A DNA stretch of 64,000 bases from Herpetosiphon aurantiacus DSM 785 (lineage in GTDB: Bacteria > Chloroflexota > Chloroflexia > Chloroflexales > Herpetosiphonaceae). The position numbers and the translations under genes are program-made. Location: NCBI GenBank assembly GCA_000018565.1, contig CP000875.1, positions 377,199 to 441,198 of the forward strand. The letters are read 5' to 3'. The notes beneath the pieces were generated by a model. It was not told the DNA's origin. It worked only from the letters and a program-made list of their open reading frames with translations, and ran no database searches. Of the stretch, positions 59,150 to 64,000 are shown one piece after another; the stretch's first letter is position 1; each line of letters opens with the position of its first letter.

Positions 59150-59193
59150 AACCCAACATATCTCCATCGCGCCGTCAGAAACGGGGCTGTGTA

Positions 59194-60831
59194 TCACTCC
59201 GCAGAGAGAATGTAATCATAAAATGGTTGTCCGCCGTTTTGCACCTCAACATCAAGCGCCGGGTAGGTCGCATTGATTTTGTGGGCTAGTGCTTCAGCCT
59301 GTTCCGCCGAACATTGTTCGCCATAATAGATGGTAACGATCTCATGATCGTCTAAATCCATCCGTGCTAGAATGCGATCAATCACTTCGTCGGGCTGATC
59401 GCCAGATTCAACCAGTGCGCCATTGAGCAAGCCAATCGTTTGGCCGTCGCGCACTTCAACATCATTAACCGTAGCATCGCGCACGGCGGTGGTAATTTCT
59501 GCCGTGGTAATATCTTTGATCGCGCGGCTCATGGCCTGCACATTATCGCTTGCGCCAACCGCATAATTAAAGGCAAACATTGCCGCCATACCTTGAGGCA
59601 CGGTTTTGGTTGGAATCACATGCACAACTTTATTGGTTACTTGTTGGGCTTGTTGCGCTGCCAAAATCACGTTGCTATTATTGGGCAACACGATCACCTC
59701 TGGCTGTGGCAACTTATCGATCGCCGTGACCAAATCTTGAATCGAAGGATTCATGGTTTGACCGCCAGTGACCACCTCGCCCACATTTAATGATTCGAAC
59801 AGCACACGGAAGCCTTGACCTGGTGCAACTGCGACCACCCCAACATCGCTGACTGGCTCGTCGAGCTTGACGCGGGCTGGTTGGCTGGCTTGTTGCGCTT
59901 GGGCCGCATGCAGATCGCTGCGCTGTTTATCCATATTGGTGATTTCGATTGCCCCAAGGCTGCCCCATTGCACGGCATAATTGAGCGCATCGCCAGGCCG
60001 CAACGTGTGCAAGTGCACCTTGACCAAGCGCTCATCGCCGACCGCCACCACCGATGTGCCCATTTCGGCAATCGTGTTGCGCACATCTTCGTAAGGGATA
60101 TTTTCGCCTTGGATCATAAAGTTGGTGCAATAGCCAAAATCATCATCGCTATGAATGTCGTCAAACGCCATCGCCAACTGATCGACGGGTGCAACTCGTT
60201 GTTCGAGTTGTTCGCCACGGGCAAAAGCGCGTGCGCCTTCAAAGAGCAGATACAAGCCCTCGCCGCCAGCATCAACTACGCCAGCATCACGTAACATTTT
60301 CATGAGGTTGGGCGTATTATCGACCGAAACTCGCGCACCTTTAACAATTAAATCCAGTACTTCATGCCAATTCATTTCGGGCTGAAATCCGGCGCGAGCG
60401 GCTTCGCTGGTTTCGCGAATAACGGTAAGCATCGTGCCCTCGACTGGCTTGATCACCGCTTTGTAGGCAGTGGTAGCGGCTTGTTCGAGCGCAGTTACCA
60501 GAATTTCAGGCGTACAAACCTGCTGGCCGACCATGCCTTGCGAAAGCCCGCGCAGAATTTGCGAAAGAATCACGCCCGAGTTACCACGAGCGCCCATCAA
60601 AGCCCCGCGATAGACCCGTTCCGCCACCACGGCGACCGAGGCATCATTCTGAACATCCTTGAGGGCGGCTGTCAGCGTAAGGTTCATGTTGGTTCCGGTA
60701 TCGCCATCGGGCACAGGAAACACATTTAGGGCGTTGACAGTCGCCACATTCTGGCTAAACCATGCGGCGGCTGCGCGGAATACCGCCAACAGCCGCGTGC
60801 CATCAATTTGATTCTTCGGTGCGCTGTCCAC
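59194..60831 (-). CDS. fakA: DAK2-domain protein, YloV/FakA-like fatty acid kinase
   Basis: N-terminal Dak2 signature 'VFPVPDGDTGTNM'. 545 aa, comparable in length to the ~550-aa FakA/YloV proteins. The operon includes two DegV genes and asp23. Confidence 0.8.
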   Translation of the reverse strand: MDSAPKNQIDGTRLLAVFRAAAAWFSQNVATVNALNVFPVPDGDTGTNMNLTLTAALKDVQNDASVAVVAERVYRGALMGARGNSGVILSQILRGLSQGMVGQQVCTPEILVTALEQAATTAYKAVIKPVEGTMLTVIRETSEAARAGFQPEMNWHEVLDLIVKGARVSVDNTPNLMKMLRDAGVVDAGGEGLYLLFEGARAFARGEQLEQRVAPVDQLAMAFDDIHSDDDFGYCTNFMIQGENIPYEDVRNTIAEMGTSVVAVGDERLVKVHLHTLRPGDALNYAVQWGSLGAIEITNMDKQRSDLHAAQAQQASQPARVKLDEPVSDVGVVAVAPGQGFRVLFESLNVGEVVTGGQTMNPSIQDLVTAIDKLPQPEVIVLPNNSNVILAAQQAQQVTNKVVHVIPTKTVPQGMAAMFAFNYAVGASDNVQAMSRAIKDITTAEITTAVRDATVNDVEVRDGQTIGLLNGALVESGDQPDEVIDRILARMDLDDHEIVTIYYGEQCSAEQAEALAHKINATYPALDVEVQNGGQPFYDYILSAE

Positions 60832-61279
60832 GCAGACCTCCCATTACGCCAAAACGTCGCCAGCGGCTGGGCTGGCCTTCGGTTGCATCTTTTGGTTCTT
60901 TATCAGCTTGTTCGATCCGCAAGCCTTGGACATGCACATTGACTGTGATATTGGCCTCGCCGAGTGCATGCACCACTGCATATTGGACACTTTCCATAAT
61001 ATTACGGGCAACTGTGGCAATCCGTGTGCCATACTCGATGATCACAAACAGATCGACCGTAATTGCCTCGGTACTCACTTGAACGTCAATCCCTTTATAT
61101 TGATCTTCTGGTCGCAAAACATGGGCGACACTATCGCGTAAGTTGCGCGGGGCCATGCCCACAACACCGTAGCACCGTACTACCGCCCCGGCTACCACAG
61201 TAGCAATGGCGCGAGAATGTACTTCGATGCGTCCAGCGTCATTTTGGCGCACATTCGCGAGACTTGTTTTCTCGTTCAC
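60803..61279 (-). CDS. Asp23/Gls24 family protein (alkaline shock protein, DUF322)
   Basis: Conserved Asp23 core 'IEVHSRAIATVV...GVVGM...GIDVQVS...VDLFVIIEYG'. The YloU-YloV-type arrangement is conserved in Firmicutes. Confidence 0.7.
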   Translation of the reverse strand: MNEKTSLANVRQNDAGRIEVHSRAIATVVAGAVVRCYGVVGMAPRNLRDSVAHVLRPEDQYKGIDVQVSTEAITVDLFVIIEYGTRIATVARNIMESVQYAVVHALGEANITVNVHVQGLRIEQADKEPKDATEGQPSRWRRFGVMGGLRGQRTEESN

Positions 61280-61507
61280 TCGAACAGTCCTCGCAACTAG
61301 ATGGTTCGATGGTCGGCGCTCACGAGCGTCCGGTTTTGATGAGAATAGCGCGGAACCAACCGCGCTACTGCTTTATGATACCCGATTATGCAAGAGCTAG
61401 CATATGCCATAATTGGCTGCTGCCCATGGCCAAACTACCATTGCTACTGAACGATTGCTGGTTGGAATGCCAGCTGCAAGCAGCATGCTCTGAACGAATT
61501 AAAAAAG

Positions 61508-61536
61508 TTGCATCAGAGCGCGTCCTATGGTATAGT
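61508..61536 (+). promoter_or_regulatory. Sigma-70-type promoter of rpmB
   Basis: TTGCAT (61508-61513), 17-nt spacer, TATAGT (61531-61536). Confidence 0.6.
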
Positions 61537-61594
61537 CAGCGGGTACAGCCACCAAGGGTGGCTCTTTTTAAGTCTAAACTACGGAGGTCCGCCC

Positions 61595-61777
61595 ATGGCA
61601 GTCTGCCAAATGACGGGGAAAAAGCGCTCCTTCGGCCACAATGTGAGCCACGCTAAAAACCGTACCAACCGCTCATGGAAACCAAATATCCAATGGGCTA
61701 TGGTTGAAGTTAATGGCCAAATGAAGCGAATGAAAGTTAGCACCCGCTATATTCGCACCATGTACAAAGATCGCTAA
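61595..61777 (+). CDS. rpmB: 50S ribosomal protein L28 (bL28)
   Basis: 'MAVCQMTGKKRSFGHNVSHAKNRTNRSWKPNIQ' matches the L28 N-terminus. 60 aa. ACGGAGGT RBS. Confidence 0.9.
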   Translation: MAVCQMTGKKRSFGHNVSHAKNRTNRSWKPNIQWAMVEVNGQMKRMKVSTRYIRTMYKDR

Positions 61778-62260
61778 TGACTTTTTCACCGCAGAGGTGC
61801 GTTGCGGCAAGTAACCTCGGTTTTGACCGCAACGCATTATAGCGGATAGCTATACCCTTTGCAATAGTTTTTAACCATTATTTCACCTCTCTTTTTGATA
61901 CCTAACACACACTATAATCCTACAATGCATACTATAGTCCCATTGTACACTAGCACTTTACTCCTAACCTATGAAGAAACTTTGAACATCTTTAAACTAC
62001 CCCTTTTGGCTTATTGATCTTGACGAATCTCTTGCTATACTATACTTGTTATACTGTAACTGTAAGAATTACAGTTCGTGGCGTGGTTTTTGCTTAGCAC
62101 AATCCAACTGGTAAGCAGCCCGTCGCAATCCACCTGCACATCCATGTTTACCAGACGTAACGTAGTAGATTGCATAGAGAATCCTGCGGGTTCAATAGAT
62201 AGCTTTCGTGCGCCGCCAGCAGCGAAAGCCATAGTGGGCGTAGCCCAGCGAGCGTGGACG

Positions 62261-63319
62261 ATGACAAAGTATGAAACGATGAATGTAGCAAAAAACCAAC
62301 CGGAACTCGAAGATGCCCCCGAGGGCTGGGAGCTTGAGCCGGGTTTTAATGATGAAGACGTAGAATTAGCAATTGTAAACCTACGCCGCAAAAAAACGCT
62401 CTATTCCGAGGCTGTCGAAGATTCAGTCCAGATGTATTTGCGTGAAATCGGCGAGGTTGAGTTGCTCACCGCCGAGGAAGAAATTACGCTGGCCAAGCAA
62501 ATTGAAACTGGCCGCAAAGCGGAACATCAGTTGCAAACCGAGCAGTATGCAACCTGGGATGAACGTACCGCCCTCGAACGCCGCGTCGATTTTGGTAATG
62601 AAGGCCGTCGCAAGCTGACCCAAGCCAATTTGCGCTTGGTCGTGAGCGTCGCCAAAAAATATATTGGCAATCACATGTCGTTCATGGATTTGATCCAAGA
62701 AGGCAATATTGGTTTGATGCGGGCAGTTGAGAAGTTCGATTATCGCAAGGGTAATCGCTTTTCAACCTATGCTACGTGGTGGATTCGCCAAGCAGTTACC
62801 CGTGCGATCGCTGAGCAAAGCCGCACCATCCGCTTGCCAGTCCACTTGAGCGAATCAATCGCCCAAATGCGCCGCGTCGCTTACCAGCTTGAGCAAGCTT
62901 TGCAACGTGAAGCAACGCCCGATGAATTGGCTGATGCCTTGGGTGTAAGTTTGCGCAAGGTCAAGCGTATGCTGAATGCTTCGGTACAGCCAGTGTCGCT
63001 TGAGCAACCAATTGGCAAAGAAGGCCAAGGCCGCGTTGGCGAATTTTTGGCCGACGATACCGATGAAGCACCGCTTGAGCAGGCCACCCGCATGATGTTG
63101 CAAGATGAATTGGCCGATGCGCTCTCGCAATTGCCCGACCGCGAACGCCAAATCTTGTTGTTGCGCTATGGTTTGGCCGATGGCAAACGCCGCACGCTCG
63201 AAGAAGTTGGCGCTGAATTCGGGATTACTCGCGAACGCACCCGCCAAATCGAGGCTGAAGCGATGCGTCACTTGCGCCAACCCAATGTTGGTCAACACTT
63301 GCGAGCTTACCTTGATTAA
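62261..63319 (+). CDS. sigA: RNA polymerase sigma-70 factor (RpoD/SigA-like)
   Basis: Region 1.2 'VQMYLREIG'. Region 2 '[41 protein letters not shown]'. Regions 3 and 4.2 '[28 protein letters not shown]'. The start is uncertain; the ORF-track 62078 is also possible. An AT-rich promoter region lies upstream (61860-62080). Confidence 0.85.
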   Translation: MTKYETMNVAKNQPELEDAPEGWELEPGFNDEDVELAIVNLRRKKTLYSEAVEDSVQMYLREIGEVELLTAEEEITLAKQIETGRKAEHQLQTEQYATWDERTALERRVDFGNEGRRKLTQANLRLVVSVAKKYIGNHMSFMDLIQEGNIGLMRAVEKFDYRKGNRFSTYATWWIRQAVTRAIAEQSRTIRLPVHLSESIAQMRRVAYQLEQALQREATPDELADALGVSLRKVKRMLNASVQPVSLEQPIGKEGQGRVGEFLADDTDEAPLEQATRMMLQDELADALSQLPDRERQILLLRYGLADGKRRTLEEVGAEFGITRERTRQIEAEAMRHLRQPNVGQHLRAYLD

Positions 63320-63464
63320 TTGCTAAGCTCTGTTGGTTCAATCGCCCTCGCTGCCGTTTTGGTGGCGAGGGCTTTTTGATCCACGAAGGCCACAAAGGAC
63401 ACGAAGGGGAAATGTCTATTAACTATAGGGGTATTAGTTCATTGGGCTGGTAATCAATTGTATG

Positions 63465-63678
63465 CCCTCACTCCCTAGCCCTCTCTCCCGCAGGCGAGGC
63501 GAGGGGCTGGGGGCTTTCAAGGGTAGGTTTTCAACAATCATTGGGTAGGATGCACCGTCGCTGTTCATGCCCTCACCCCCTAGCCCCCTCTCCCGCAGGC
63601 GAGGCGAGGGGGAAACCCTTGATCATGATACTGGATATCCCCTCGCCCGCCGCTGTGGGAGAGGGGTTGGGGTGAGGG
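63465..63678. repeat. GC-rich palindromic MITE-like repeat, about 1.5 nested/tandem copies
   Basis: ccctcactccctagccctctctcccgcaggcgaggcgagggg, then caagggtaggtttt..., then a second full unit ccctcaccccctagccccctctcccgcaggcgaggcgaggggg...cccctcgcccgccgctgtgggagaggggttggggtgaggg. An inverted 'cttcgtg' module lies at 63380-63410. Confidence 0.8.
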
Positions 63679-63753
63679 AACGATTAACCTCGTGAACCAA
63701 AAGCTATAACCAATCTCCAATAGCCTCGTGCCTTTACTCCTCTTCATTAAATT

Positions 63754-64000
63754 CTAATCCCTAATCCCTTGATAGTGATCCAACCGATCCCGCAGGGCGT
63801 TACCAAGCAAGTTGAGCCATAGCACAGTTGTGGCAATGCACAGGCCAGGAATAATCATTAGCCGTGGTTCGCGTTGAAAAAATGCCCGTGATTCGTTGAT
63901 TAAATTGCCCCATTCAGGGGTTGGTGGGTTGAGTCCAAAGCCAATAAACGACAAGGCCGAAAGATTCAATATCACGCTGCCAAAGTTGGTGGTGGCAATC
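63754..64000 (-). CDS. ABC transporter permease, C-terminal part only (Dpp/Opp 'C'-type); the gene continues beyond the window
   Basis: The reading frame is open to the window end. C-terminal 'LMIIPGLCIATTVLWLNLLGNALRDRLD' is typical of DppC/OppC-type permease C-termini. Confidence 0.55.
   Translation of the reverse strand, partial: IATTNFGSVILNLSALSFIGFGLNPPTPEWGNLINESRAFFQREPRLMIIPGLCIATTVLWLNLLGNALRDRLDHYQGIRD

Overview
The window is 64 kb of a Chloroflexi-type chromosome at about 50-55% GC. Pro/Thr-rich 'PTPT' linkers, a CBM2 module and compositionally Herpetosiphon-like sequence make a Herpetosiphon-like filamentous Chloroflexi a reasonable guess; this is inference, not a database hit. 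Gene density is high on both strands and housekeeping genes are mixed with accessory ones.

Recognisable housekeeping genes: htpG, Mrp/ApbC, moaA, rpmB, a sigma-70 factor, a FakA/FakB(DegV)x2/Asp23 fatty-acid-kinase cluster, a four-gene Opu-like glycine-betaine ABC transporter, an MsbA-like ABC exporter, HtrA, a PASTA Ser/Thr kinase, two aldo/keto reductases, a Zn-ADH, and a GntR(FadR)-controlled AGPS-like FAD-oxidase/GlpD-like pair.

The most unusual locus is 31.9-40.9 kb. It is a head-to-tail array of five paralogous secreted, apparently non-catalytic proteins, each signal peptide - PPC - PPC - proprotein-convertase P-domain - MAM-like domain - PT-linker. All end in a conserved short tail 'IPVY(L/M)PLV(S/G/V)(K/R)(D/G)(N/Q/E)'. 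The fifth copy is frameshifted in an A-run. Leaders and terminator hairpins are duplicated along with the genes, and an HtrA protease gene follows directly.

Other notable items:
- A mosaic family of GC-rich palindromic MITE-like intergenic repeats ('CCCTCACCCCCTAGCCCCCTCTCCC...'), with copies at about 7.8, 22.4, 25.3, 27.3 and 63.5 kb. Two direct copies bracket the ABC exporter gene.
- A second two-hairpin repeat with a compensatory base-pair change, present twice (44.6 and 49.5 kb).
- A near-perfect FadR-box operator overlapping the promoter of the FadR-family regulator.
- A low-GC island at 15.5-16.9 kb encoding an unrecognisable 427-aa protein.
- A 40-aa membrane mini-protein with its own RBS and terminator.
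- A 69-bp x 3.5 tandem-repeat secreted protein.
- An orphan beta-class DNA methyltransferase next to a lysine-poor unknown protein.
- A minimal stand-alone RNA-ligase-like nucleotidyltransferase.
- A NADAR-zinc-ribbon translationally coupled pair.

No tRNA, rRNA or CRISPR array was seen.
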